From TPA_inf: Saccharomyces (taxonomy: Eukaryota), in the NCBI GenBank assembly GCA_000146045.2, contig BK006942.2:192001-256000 (forward strand): a stretch of 64,000 nucleotides of DNA, given 5' to 3'. Under the pieces are notes generated by a model. The model was not told the origin of the DNA. It made no database searches and worked only from the letters and a program-made list of their open reading frames with translations. Of this stretch, positions 30,937 through 41,056 are shown piece by piece (positions within the stretch are counted from its first letter, which is position 1; every line of letters starts with the position of its first letter). Position numbers and translations under genes: made by a program.

Positions 30937-33900
30937 TTATTTAGCAATACTATTGATATCGATATTTGCCGAACTTGCTAAAGACTCCCATAAAGAGTAC
31001 AATTGCTCCTGCAAGCCTTCATTAACCATGTTTGCGAACCCCATTGAATGTTTACACCAAACAATTCCATTGCTTTTGTTGTCTTTGATTATGTAATTGA
31101 CGCCGATATTCCAACAGTAAGTGGCTATAGTTTCTAACTCTGTTTGAAGGACACCATCTGTGTCTTGAAGACTTGATTGATTTATATTTAGGATCTTAAG
31201 AACCCTATCCAATATGCGTAGTTCGACCTCATGGTTAAGATTAATTGCATTTTCCAGTAAAATTCGCAGCCAGCTACAGAGTTCCCGTTCTTTCACTTCA
31301 GGGCCCATGTTTCTTTTTAATACTGTTTCAAGTATCTCTATGAGAACTCCTTTAGGTAAATCTTCCATATTCGACGAGATATCAATAAGTAGCGCATCCA
31401 CGCGGCTATCTTGATACAATTCCGTTTTCTTCAATATGTCCAGAATCCTAGTTTGATCAGGCATCATTAAGGCACTTTCCAGATGTATAGTCAACGCCTC
31501 CAGGAAACATTCATGTAATGTATTTCTATCTTCCAATGATGACCCATCCTTAAATTCCGAGCTTTTCTTCATAACATTTATGCTATTAACCAACTCTTCT
31601 GACTTCTCATAAATATCCCAATCCTTTTGGTGTTGGTCTTGCTTTGCTTTTTCTTTGGCTATTATCAACTGCAAGATTGTGGCTTTGAACCTCCAATATG
31701 TGAAATGATACATTTTCGGGAAAGTGAAGTCTTGGACCGGAATAAGGTCAATAAATTGAATGCAATACTGGGGAAACTCGGAGATGGATTCACAGGACTG
31801 ATCAACTAAGCATTTTACAGCCACATTATAGGAAAAAGAGGCAAACCACTCGATTTCGTTTACAGCCACTGATTGCTGATATATTGCTTCCTTCTCAACG
31901 TCTGGTGGTAATTGATTTAGTAACTTTACAGTTTTGAGAAACTCGACAGCCTTCTGTAAAAGTTTCTGTACTGTTGGTAAATAATTTATGAAGGTTTCTA
32001 AAGGCTCCTCTTCCGATACTTTGACAATCATCTGTAGGGTATACCTGAGAATGCTCAGTGTCTGAGAACTCGACGTAGATGATATAGTTTGCGAATTGCT
32101 TTTAGATTGTAATTTGTCAAATATCATTAAGAGCCCTTGAACAGACAAATCTGTCTTTCGTTTGCATTCTGCTACTGCTAATATAAGAGCGTCTGTACTT
32201 TTTTCATCTTCAGACGACTTTATCTTCTGGAGGCACGTAAGCGCTTCCTCTGTTTTATCATCCGCTAGAAAAGACTGCAACATCAAAAGTTGACACAGAG
32301 GAGATTGTCTATCTACTTCGTCCATATCCTGATATACTCTAACTGTGTTGGAATAGTCTTCAATTTTGTTATATACGACTTGTAGAGCCCTTTGAATTTT
32401 CCCCCGGTCGGAATAATTTTGACTGATAATATCTTTGAGTGCTAATTTGTAAAATCTAATACTAACAACGTATTTTTCCATCTTTTCTAACTTTTTTCCA
32501 GTATTCCATAATAAAGTTATTATGCAAGAGATAGCATGTTTGGTGAGGGGTTCTGAAACTATTCTTTCCATCTGTGTGCTAAAATTCTCTAAGCTTTCCG
32601 CTATCTCGGAATCATTCATTGTTTTTGATTGTGTTGTAATTAAAAACCTGGAGCAAATGGCTTTTCCTAAGAATTTACTATCATTCTTAGAATTCAGTTT
32701 ATTGATTAACAAATAATCGAGACACACTATAGAGAATTTGGTGTTCATTTTTGATAAGTCATTGATAGAAGCTATGACAGCTTGAAAATTGGATATTACA
32801 TCTACTGACATAATCATTCGCATGAGAATTTCCTCTATGGTTTCTGCCGGATTTACGATATTTCTCCGTTTAGTTAAATTGATAGCCAATATAAAAGGGT
32901 CCACTTTGTTTGGATATTCATTTTGCAAAAGACTTAAATAGTGATCACATTGTTCAAGTTCAGAAGCTTGTGGGTGTCCTTCAACCAAACAATTTGCCAT
33001 AAAAATCAAAACTGAATACTTTAAATTACTATAATCAGTATGAGATTTTAAATTTTCCACAGGTAACTCCAAATATTTTTCCACATCCTTCAAAAAAGAA
33101 ATTATATTTACGTCTACTAACTGAGTTTCAGGATTATTAATTTCTTTCAACATAACTGTGGAATTATAGATCATTCTGCATAATTCGATGAGCAAATCTG
33201 CGTCCATATATTTGGAATTATCAGTGATGTTTACTTTTGCAGTGTAAATATTTGCTGTATCCAGGTCATTTTCCGAAAGATATAATTGAAAATTTACCAA
33301 GTAAAACTCGAACGTCAGTTTTTTAAACTCAGTTTTCTCTTCATTGGAGAAACTTTCCACATTCTCATTGATTATCTGTAAGTATTTCTCTGAATGCTGC
33401 TGTGTATTAGTTATTAAATCGTCAAAACGATACTCACTAGCGCTTTTGAAAGAACTGATATAACATTTGAAGTTCCGTAGGAGGTTGGTGTTTGTCCGAA
33501 ACAAAGCCTCATGGATGGAGAGAAGCTTGGTTGCGAAAATCTTACATTTGCAAAAGACTTCATTAAAATATTTGTCTGAAGCTTTTTCAGCTTTCATAGC
33601 AATAGTCAACGAATTCCATAGACTTGATGCTGCATTTTCCAATTTCAGGATAAGTTCTTCGTCTAATATAACTGTAGTGGTTCTGAATGATCTATCATAT
33701 TTTTCTGCAATGGGATACAATGCGCTTATTTTATTATCTACTGTAATCAAATCGTTTTTCTCTAAATTCTTAGCCGCATAAACTTGCGATGTTATCCAAG
33801 TTGCAGTTTCTTTATATTATTAAAATAATAAAGCTGTTAGTTGCTATTGCTCGTCCAGATAAAAGTTAATAAGGGTATGTTTTGCATTTTGTTATATACC

Positions 33901-33954
33901 GCATAACTCGACCAAAGTTTTTCTAAAAGTGGAGTTAACGTTGTGGTCTGACAT
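30937..33954 (-). CDS. SPO22: Meiosis-specific TPR-like synaptonemal-complex/ZMM protein, 975 aa, spliced. Exon 2 is 30937-33809, intron 33810-33899 (90 nt), exon 1 is 33900-33954
   Basis: A 2814-nt ORF continues upstream in frame (no ATG) until two TAA stops. A 55-nt exon 1 (ATG at 33954, MSDHNVNSTFRKTLVELC) joins it through an intron with 5' splice site GUAUAU, branch-point-like AACUAAC and 3' splice site AAG. The frames join in phase 1, giving 976 codons = 975 aa, the known Spo22 length. Confidence 0.75.
33871..33878 (-). promoter_or_regulatory. Mer1 intronic splicing-enhancer motif AUACCCUU inside the SPO22 intron
   Basis: The minus-strand intron sequence reads ...CAAAACAUACCCUUAUUAAC..., matching the Mer1 enhancer consensus AYACCCUY. 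SPO22 is a known Mer1-dependent transcript. Confidence 0.65.
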
Positions 33955-34070
33955 TGAAACTTGTTGATCACTTTAGAACATAGCCTTTTACTAATATTAC
34001 TAGAAGTGTCATTATTCATGGAACACTCACTAAAAAGCTTCGCTCTTTTCTCTTTTTATTTATTTGCAAT

Positions 34071-34080
34071 TAGCCGCCGA
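34071..34080 (-). promoter_or_regulatory. URS1 (Ume6 site) TCGGCGGCTA about 115 bp upstream of the SPO22 ATG
   Basis: The plus strand reads TTAGCCGCCGAAG, which is CTTCGGCGGCTAA on the SPO22 strand. This is a perfect URS1 core. Confidence 0.7.
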
Positions 34081-34428
34081 AGTTTGTATTCCGTACGAAA
34101 ATGAAAATGAACCAGGTAACAAATCTGGTGAAATCACCATTAAACATATAAAAAACAGGATGAATTAGTGTGAAAATTATATAAAAGCCGCTGGTCCAAG
34201 AAGACGTGATTTACAAGACATATACAGGACCCAAAGAAATGGATTTCACTCATGATTATTTCCATTGAAAATCAGATGATTGGCCTTTCATTTTCTTCTT
34301 GAACCAACTGAATTTTGAATGATTGCCCCCCTCAATTTAAAGCGCCAGGTTATCAAAACTTTCAACACACGCTAGTCTGTTGAAAGTAAAGGGAAGATCT
34401 ACGTGTGAAGTGATATATGTTTTTAACC

Positions 34429-34441
34429 TGGGCGGCTAAAT
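34429..34441 (+). promoter_or_regulatory. URS1 (HOP1-type) TGGGCGGCTAAAT at -173 relative to the HOP1 ATG
   Basis: Sequence TGGGCGGCTAAAT. The URS1 variant and its -173 spacing match what I recall of the HOP1 early-meiotic promoter. Confidence 0.7.
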
Positions 34442-34601
34442 TGTACTTTATATATAGTTGAAACAACAGAGAAAGGGCAGGATAAAGAAAGAAATTGACT
34501 GCAGTTTCCTATGATCATATTTCATTTTTGTAATTAACAATATAATATAATACACTTATAAACGGTTTAAAAACAGCTTTATCTCAGAAAAGTCAGGAAT
34601 T

Positions 34602-36419
34602 ATGTCTAATAAACAACTAGTAAAGCCAAAAACAGAGACAAAGACAGAAATAACTACTGAACAGTCTCAAAAACTGCTCCAAACAATGCTCACAATGTCT
34701 TTTGGTTGTTTAGCCTTTCTCAGGGGGTTGTTCCCTGATGATATATTTGTTGACCAACGGTTTGTACCGGAGAAAGTTGAAAAAAACTACAATAAGCAAA
34801 ACACGTCTCAAAATAACTCTATCAAAATCAAGACATTAATTAGGGGCAAATCGGCTCAAGCAGATTTATTACTGGATTGGTTGGAGAAGGGAGTTTTCAA
34901 ATCCATTCGTTTAAAGTGTTTAAAAGCCCTATCATTAGGTATATTTCTAGAGGATCCCACCGATCTCCTAGAAAATTACATTTTTAGTTTTGATTATGAC
35001 GAAGAGAATAATGTCAATATTAATGTAAACTTGAGTGGCAATAAAAAAGGGAGCAAAAATGCCGACCCAGAGAACGAGACAATTTCTTTACTAGATTCGA
35101 GAAGGATGGTTCAACAGTTAATGAGACGATTTATCATAATTACCCAATCCCTGGAACCTTTACCCCAAAAAAAGTTCCTCACTATGAGGTTGATGTTTAA
35201 TGATAACGTCGATGAAGATTATCAGCCGGAGTTGTTCAAAGACGCGACTTTTGACAAAAGAGCAACTTTAAAGGTCCCCACAAATTTAGACAACGATGCT
35301 ATTGACGTCGGTACTCTGAACACGAAGCATCATAAAGTTGCTCTTTCTGTTTTGTCGGCGGCAACATCCAGTATGGAAAAAGCTGGGAACACGAACTTTA
35401 TTAGAGTAGACCCCTTTGATTTAATTTTGCAACAACAAGAAGAAAATAAACTTGAAGAATCTGTTCCTACAAAACCCCAGAATTTTGTCACAAGCCAAAC
35501 AACCAATGTGCTTGGAAATCTTTTAAATTCTTCGCAAGCAAGTATACAACCAACTCAATTTGTTTCAAATAACCCAGTCACGGGCATTTGTAGTTGCGAA
35601 TGTGGATTGGAAGTTCCCAAAGCAGCCACCGTGTTAAAGACTTGTAAAAGTTGCCGTAAAACACTACACGGCATCTGTTATGGCAATTTTCTACATTCGT
35701 CAATTGAGAAATGCTTTACTTGCATTTTTGGACCTTCCTTGGATACTAAATGGTCTAAATTTCAGGATCTTATGATGATTAGAAAGGTTTTTAGGTTCTT
35801 GGTGAGAAAAAAGAAGGGATTTCCGGCCTCTATAACAGAACTCATTGATAGTTTTATCAACGTCGAAGATCAGAATAACGAAGTAAAAGAGAGAGTTGCA
35901 TTCGCCTTATTTGTATTTTTCTTAGATGAAACACTATGCCTCGATAATGGGGGAAAACCTAGCCAAACTATTAGGTACGTTACGAGCTCTGTACTCGTTG
36001 ATGTAAAGGGAATTGTCATACCAAATACTAGAAAGCAACTGAACGTAAATCACGAATATAAATGGCACTTTACCACCAGTTCCCCTAAAGCCGAGAGCTT
36101 CTATCAAGAGGTTCTGCCTAACTCAAGAAAACAAGTCGAGTCGTGGTTACAGGATATCACTAACTTAAGAAAAGTCTATTCTGAAGCTCTTTCTCCGTCG
36201 TCAACCCTACAGGAGCTTGATCTTAACTCAAGCTTGCCTACGCAAGATCCAATAATTTCTGGCCAAAAAAGGAGACGTTACGATCTTGATGAGTACTTAG
36301 AGGAAGATAAAAGCTCAGTTGTTAATGATACGATAAAAGCAAAAGATTTTGATGAAAGTGTACCAGCAAAGATTCGCAAAATCAGCGTCTCTAAAAAGAC
36401 TTTGAAAAGTAACTGGTAG
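34602..36419 (+). CDS. HOP1: Meiotic chromosome-axis HORMA-domain protein with a central Zn finger, 605 aa
   Basis: N-terminal HORMA domain and a Cys-rich zinc finger (CSCECGLEVPKAATVLKTCKSCRKTLHGICYG). 605 aa matches HOP1 (YIL072W). Confidence 0.9.
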   Translation: MSNKQLVKPKTETKTEITTEQSQKLLQTMLTMSFGCLAFLRGLFPDDIFVDQRFVPEKVEKNYNKQNTSQNNSIKIKTLIRGKSAQADLLLDWLEKGVFKSIRLKCLKALSLGIFLEDPTDLLENYIFSFDYDEENNVNINVNLSGNKKGSKNADPENETISLLDSRRMVQQLMRRFIIITQSLEPLPQKKFLTMRLMFNDNVDEDYQPELFKDATFDKRATLKVPTNLDNDAIDVGTLNTKHHKVALSVLSAATSSMEKAGNTNFIRVDPFDLILQQQEENKLEESVPTKPQNFVTSQTTNVLGNLLNSSQASIQPTQFVSNNPVTGICSCECGLEVPKAATVLKTCKSCRKTLHGICYGNFLHSSIEKCFTCIFGPSLDTKWSKFQDLMMIRKVFRFLVRKKKGFPASITELIDSFINVEDQNNEVKERVAFALFVFFLDETLCLDNGGKPSQTIRYVTSSVLVDVKGIVIPNTRKQLNVNHEYKWHFTTSSPKAESFYQEVLPNSRKQVESWLQDITNLRKVYSEALSPSSTLQELDLNSSLPTQDPIISGQKRRRYDLDEYLEEDKSSVVNDTIKAKDFDESVPAKIRKISVSKKTLKSNW

Positions 36420-36659
36420 CGAAAACCGAATTATATTATGCTCATCATTTAAACAGGCACTTCTTCAACAGATTGAAGAAAGTGCTTTAAATATACCTAA
36501 TTTCTCTTTAGCGAGGATTTGCTTAAAATAGTTTCTTTATACAATAATAATGAATAATAAAGTGACGTTACTTCCCCCCAGAGTTTTTTTCTGCCTGTCA
36601 TGGTCTGTCATGGTGAATATTGATCGAAGGAAGAGTGATCGCTCCGTAAATCTAGATGA

Positions 36660-37994
36660 TCAGCATTCAAACAAACCTCCCTCTGAATCACTAATATCAC
36701 TTCTATCGTTAACTTCATCTATGTCCATATCGTCACTGCTTTCATTATTGATAATAGTCGCTGTATTGTTTCCACCGCTATACATTAGTGGATTACCTTG
36801 GATAATGTCTTTCAAATCCGTGTTTTCATTTTTTAGTTTATCTATAACCTCGTTTATCATGGTGCCATTTCTGCTAATTTCGTTAACAATACTTTGTAAA
36901 ATAGAACTATCCTCAAAGTGTATCACGTCCCCGTCAATTTCGAAATTTAACTGCCCTGATATTATTAACTTTGTCAATTCTTCCTTAATATCCTCCAAAT
37001 CAATACCTAGTGTAGATGATAAATAAGAAAACTGTAGCTTTTTTGATATCCTTAAGTAAAAGAAATATATTTTGCACCTCATGATAACAGCAGCCGACGA
37101 CGACCAGCTAGGTTCCAAAAAAAGGCTTTCCATGCATATTTTATTTATTTCACCATGCCAAATTTTGAAAAATTTGTTGAAATTAGTGTTTATCAACAGT
37201 TCGAGACAATTAACCAATAAGGGTGTCATCTGAAAAAATTGCTTTAAATCACTCAAATAGATAAAATCATCATAATTATCCAAAGGTATTGAAATAAGTA
37301 CGGATATATTCACCATCATTATAAACTCCTCTTTCGATATAAAATTCATGCAGTCTAAGTGTTCTGACAGAACTTTCAATGTTAAAGGTTCCGAAGTCAT
37401 CATTGTAAAAAATTTTGTGCAACAGTCAAAATACCTTTCCTGAAGGAAATATGAGACGCAAAGCAACATTTGTATCCTGAGAAGTGAGAAGGAATCATCT
37501 TGAACAACTTCATGACTTATCCGATCTTTTTCCATGGAATTTAACATATCAAAATTTTTACGGCCTTGAATGATATTTTTCACATTATATTCTATTTCTT
37601 CAATGCCTTTGAAATTCTTGCATAGTAGGGATATTTGGGTAATTTTTTCTAAATGCTGATATCGTTTAGTCAATGGAACCTCTTCTGACTCCATTTGAAA
37701 TATTGCGTTCTGAAAATTATGTGAAATTATATCTCGTGCGATGTTTTCATCGAATCCTCCAAGCAATGAAAAATGAGGTTTTCCTACTAGTTGGCTGTTT
37801 AGTAGGCTCACAGGTCTTAATCCGCTCTCTTCTACCAAAATTTCCAAATAGGGAGTGCTTGTACACTGGACTTCCTGTAAATAACTAATGCCTTGCATGG
37901 CCCATCGTTTTCGTTCCTCTTTCTCGCCATAATTGATAGAAAGTAAATGACCAATGCGTTCTATCAATAAAGGTCCTTTAGCGCCATGAAACAT
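36660..37994 (-). CDS. PCI8: PCI-domain protein, COP9-signalosome-like subunit / eIF3-associated, 444 aa
   Basis: Helical-repeat body with a C-terminal PCI/winged-helix region followed by an acidic S/D tail. 444 aa matches PCI8/CSN11 (YIL071C). Confidence 0.75.
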   Translation of the reverse strand: MFHGAKGPLLIERIGHLLSINYGEKEERKRWAMQGISYLQEVQCTSTPYLEILVEESGLRPVSLLNSQLVGKPHFSLLGGFDENIARDIISHNFQNAIFQMESEEVPLTKRYQHLEKITQISLLCKNFKGIEEIEYNVKNIIQGRKNFDMLNSMEKDRISHEVVQDDSFSLLRIQMLLCVSYFLQERYFDCCTKFFTMMTSEPLTLKVLSEHLDCMNFISKEEFIMMVNISVLISIPLDNYDDFIYLSDLKQFFQMTPLLVNCLELLINTNFNKFFKIWHGEINKICMESLFLEPSWSSSAAVIMRCKIYFFYLRISKKLQFSYLSSTLGIDLEDIKEELTKLIISGQLNFEIDGDVIHFEDSSILQSIVNEISRNGTMINEVIDKLKNENTDLKDIIQGNPLMYSGGNNTATIINNESSDDMDIDEVNDRSDISDSEGGLFEC

Positions 37995-38271
37995 GAGTTT
38001 TTAGATGTCGAGAAGCTGCCTGTTGCCAACTATTTTATTGTGCGGTTCAAAATTGTTTTTGTCTGCACGTTATGCCCTTTCAAAAATTAATCTATTGAAT
38101 TTAGGGGCCAGTCAGAAGATAAGAAAAAAGGAAAATGTTATCATTGTTAAAAACATAAAGTTGTTGAAAATGTATTAACATGTGTATTATATATATAAAT
38201 TATTTACAGTTAAATTTGACTACAAACTAAGTAACCCCGAGTCGCGAAATAAAGCAAAGGTATCTTGTTTC

Positions 38272-39072
38272 TTAGTGGAAAAACTTCTTCATCTTTTCCA
38301 ACCAAGAAATATACTCGTTATTCTCTTTGAACTCGGAATATGCACTAATGAAAGAGGCTAGCTCTTCATTGACACCTCTACTTTCCAAATAAGCTTCCAG
38401 AGATTCTTGTAGTTCTTCGTCCAAGTTTGAAAAAGGTGGGCCATGGTATACCAATTCTCTTGTTATTTCGGCCTCAGCAGACTGATTCAAAGCAGCATCA
38501 ACTGAGGGGTATGGAGTAGCACTATCAACATAAAATGAACCTTCCTGTAAATTCATTAGTAATTCAAATGAGACTGCAGGTTCGCTTGCGCTTTCTTTAG
38601 AAATAACAACATTAACGTTGGCAAAGTTGTCTGATAAAGCATCAAAATCATCCTCATTAATGCCGTCTTCATTTTGCTCGGTATTTTCATCCATTGCGTT
38701 GTTGTAAGGCAGATTAGCAATCTGAGCTACGTCAAAAAAAACATGAACTGTTTCGCCTGATTCGGTTCTTCTAACTATTTCAGCTTCATTCTTACCGGGT
38801 GTCTCTACTAATGAGAACTTATATTTGTTCAAAAAGTCATTAAATGAGTCTAACGACGTTGACTCTGGTAACGTTTCCTTCTCAATTTTCAATTCAGATT
38901 GCAAAATATCACCTACTCTTTGGGTCTCTTGGTTCCTCATGATTGCAGCGGGTGTGAAACATCTCTTAGAGTTAGCAACAGTAAAAACTCTCCACGATGA
39001 TTTTACTACGGCTGGCTTGGGCGTAGTCAAAATGCTTCTAGTGACGGCACGGTTAACGCTTCTTAAGAACAT
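38272..39072 (-). CDS. MAM33: Acidic mitochondrial matrix protein, p32/gC1qR family, 266 aa
   Basis: Mitochondrial presequence ([13 protein letters not shown]...) and a highly acidic MAM33-family body. 266 aa matches MAM33 (YIL070C). Confidence 0.85.
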   Translation of the reverse strand: MFLRSVNRAVTRSILTTPKPAVVKSSWRVFTVANSKRCFTPAAIMRNQETQRVGDILQSELKIEKETLPESTSLDSFNDFLNKYKFSLVETPGKNEAEIVRRTESGETVHVFFDVAQIANLPYNNAMDENTEQNEDGINEDDFDALSDNFANVNVVISKESASEPAVSFELLMNLQEGSFYVDSATPYPSVDAALNQSAEAEITRELVYHGPPFSNLDEELQESLEAYLESRGVNEELASFISAYSEFKENNEYISWLEKMKKFFH

Positions 39073-39552
39073 TATTTGTTATTTGTTAGTATATGTGATA
39101 GTTTATGTATCTTTGGTAAATGAAGTTAACCTTTACTAAAATAATGTGTTAACAAAATCGATCCCTATCAACTAAAATGCTCCGGATTGTTGTGCTAAAT
39201 ATCCAATTCGCGTTGGTTTTATTTTACTGGAAAATTGAAGCACCGCCGGGTATTGGTAAAAAGTGTATAACAGGAATCGCAATAGTAATATAAAATAATT
39301 TAACAACATTCATTCGCTCTTCCACCCACTTCTTAATCTTAATACATGATACGATTACTCTTTTTGAAGTTTTGAGGTTTTTGCTTTATAATTATGCAAA
39401 AAAAATTGTTTACGTAGCTGTACAACCTACATAGAAATATGAATTATATTATGAAGGGTTCGATGATGAGGAAATAAAAAGGACAAGATGAACGTCAAAA
39501 AAAAATAGTCGGGGACATAACCGATACAAATATGTGTATACTTGAGAACTTC

Positions 39553-40369
39553 TTAATCAGCGTTACGACGAGCAACCTTTTTGGCCAATCTTTTACCAGT
39601 ACCAAAGATCTTCTTGTCTCTGTTCTTCTTTTGCTTTCTTTGTTGTCTGGAAGCCTTTTCAACCTTTTCAGCCAAACCGTATCTGACTAATCTGTAAGTT
39701 GGTTCGAACTTCTTAGCTTCGGCAACAGAGTTGTAGACCAAACCGAAACCAACAGATTTACCACCACCAAATTGGGTTCTGAAACCGAAAACGGAGACAG
39801 CGTCCTTTTCAGCCTTGTAGACTTCAGCTAATTTTTCACGTAATTCATCCTTGGAGACATTAGCTCTGTTTGGGTGCAAGACGTCAACAACGAATTGCTT
39901 TCTGGCCAACAATGGGTTGGAGATAACCTTTCTGGTACGAATAGTGACAGCGTCAGACTATAAAAAATAAAATGAATGGAAGCAAAGCTCACCAGTCATT
40001 TTTAGCAGAATACGTTAGTAATCTAAACAGAACAATTAATCAGAAAAATAATCCAGAAACATTACAGCAGTACTTTTTTTTTTATTCTTTCCAACCCTGG
40101 GAATTTGTTCTCGCTGATCTTACGTTACTGAGGAATACACAGAATAAATATTAGCATTATTGCAATTCTTGTGTTTTAGCCGTAAAGTCCTTTAACCAAT
40201 TTGTATTTTAAACTTGTGGCACCAAACGTATCACTAGATCTTTTTTGTTGGAAATTTCTCCCGTGATTGTATTGTATTTATACAGCCACCCATAATGCTA
40301 TAACCGGAATAGAGCTTACTTGCAGTCTGTTTCAATTTCTGCTGGTTCAGTACAAGTTCGACATACCAT
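39553..40369 (-). CDS. RPS24B: Ribosomal protein eS24, 135 aa, spliced. Exon 1 is the ATG only (40367-40369), intron 39958-40366 (409 nt), exon 2 is 39553-39957
   Basis: Exon 2 encodes [50 protein letters not shown]..., the eS24 sequence. On the minus strand, ATG is directly followed by GTATGT at 40361-40369 (plus-strand ACATACCAT). A UACUAAC branch point is at about 40015 (plus-strand GTTAGTA) and the 3' splice site UAUAG is at 39958. Chromosome IX context points to the B copy. Confidence 0.85.
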
Positions 40370-41056
40370 TTTTATTGATCTTCTGTAGGTACCTTAGCGT
40401 TTGCAGTGAGCTTCGAATAAGATGGCTTAAGAAAAACAACTAGCTTACGCCATTGTCTCATCACTACAACTGTTTAGCTACTAACTTGCTTGACATCCAA
40501 AGAGCAGGCCAATCACTAGAGAATGTCTGGGATCACTCAGATGGGTACACACAAGGCAGTGGATGTGGTTGTTACCGCCACGACTAGGGTCACTCTCTAC
40601 CGTGAATTTCGAAATTTCGCGAACTGAGTGCGCCAGCTAGCCATTGCTACCAAGCTAACAAAAGGATCAGGCTGCCCAAACGGACGTAGACTCACTGGGC
40701 TCCGTCTAGAGAATGACACGAAACCTCACTCGTTGTTTCCTTCCGAGTGATTAACTAGACGGGAATACTGCCTGGAAATTTTTTCGGAAGAGAAAGTTTC
40801 GAATTTTAGTTATTCAGTTTCCCGAAAAAGGAATAAAATATGTACAGATGTAGTTGATCAAAAAAAAGTCTATGGACATCATTCCTACTGAAGGCACAGC
40901 TAGTACCTTATTTATTGCTGATGCTTTAGCAGATTTAATCAACTGTCAACAGCAGTGATATTCATAAGATTGTTAAATAATAACAATACACGAATGAAGG
41001 GAAAACTATACTATGTTATATGTAATCAGTGAACTTTTTTTTTTTCTTGTATATCG

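Noticed and set aside
36550-37026. 158-aa + strand ORF antisense to PCI8
   Set aside because: It overlaps the 3' end of PCI8 on the opposite strand and is hydrophobic and low-complexity. It is probably a dubious ORF.
40520-40560. Possible Rap1 site (GTGTGTACCCATCTGA) upstream of RPS24B
   Set aside because: It matches the Rap1 consensus ACACCCRYACAYM only partially. I could not score it, so I left it unannotated.
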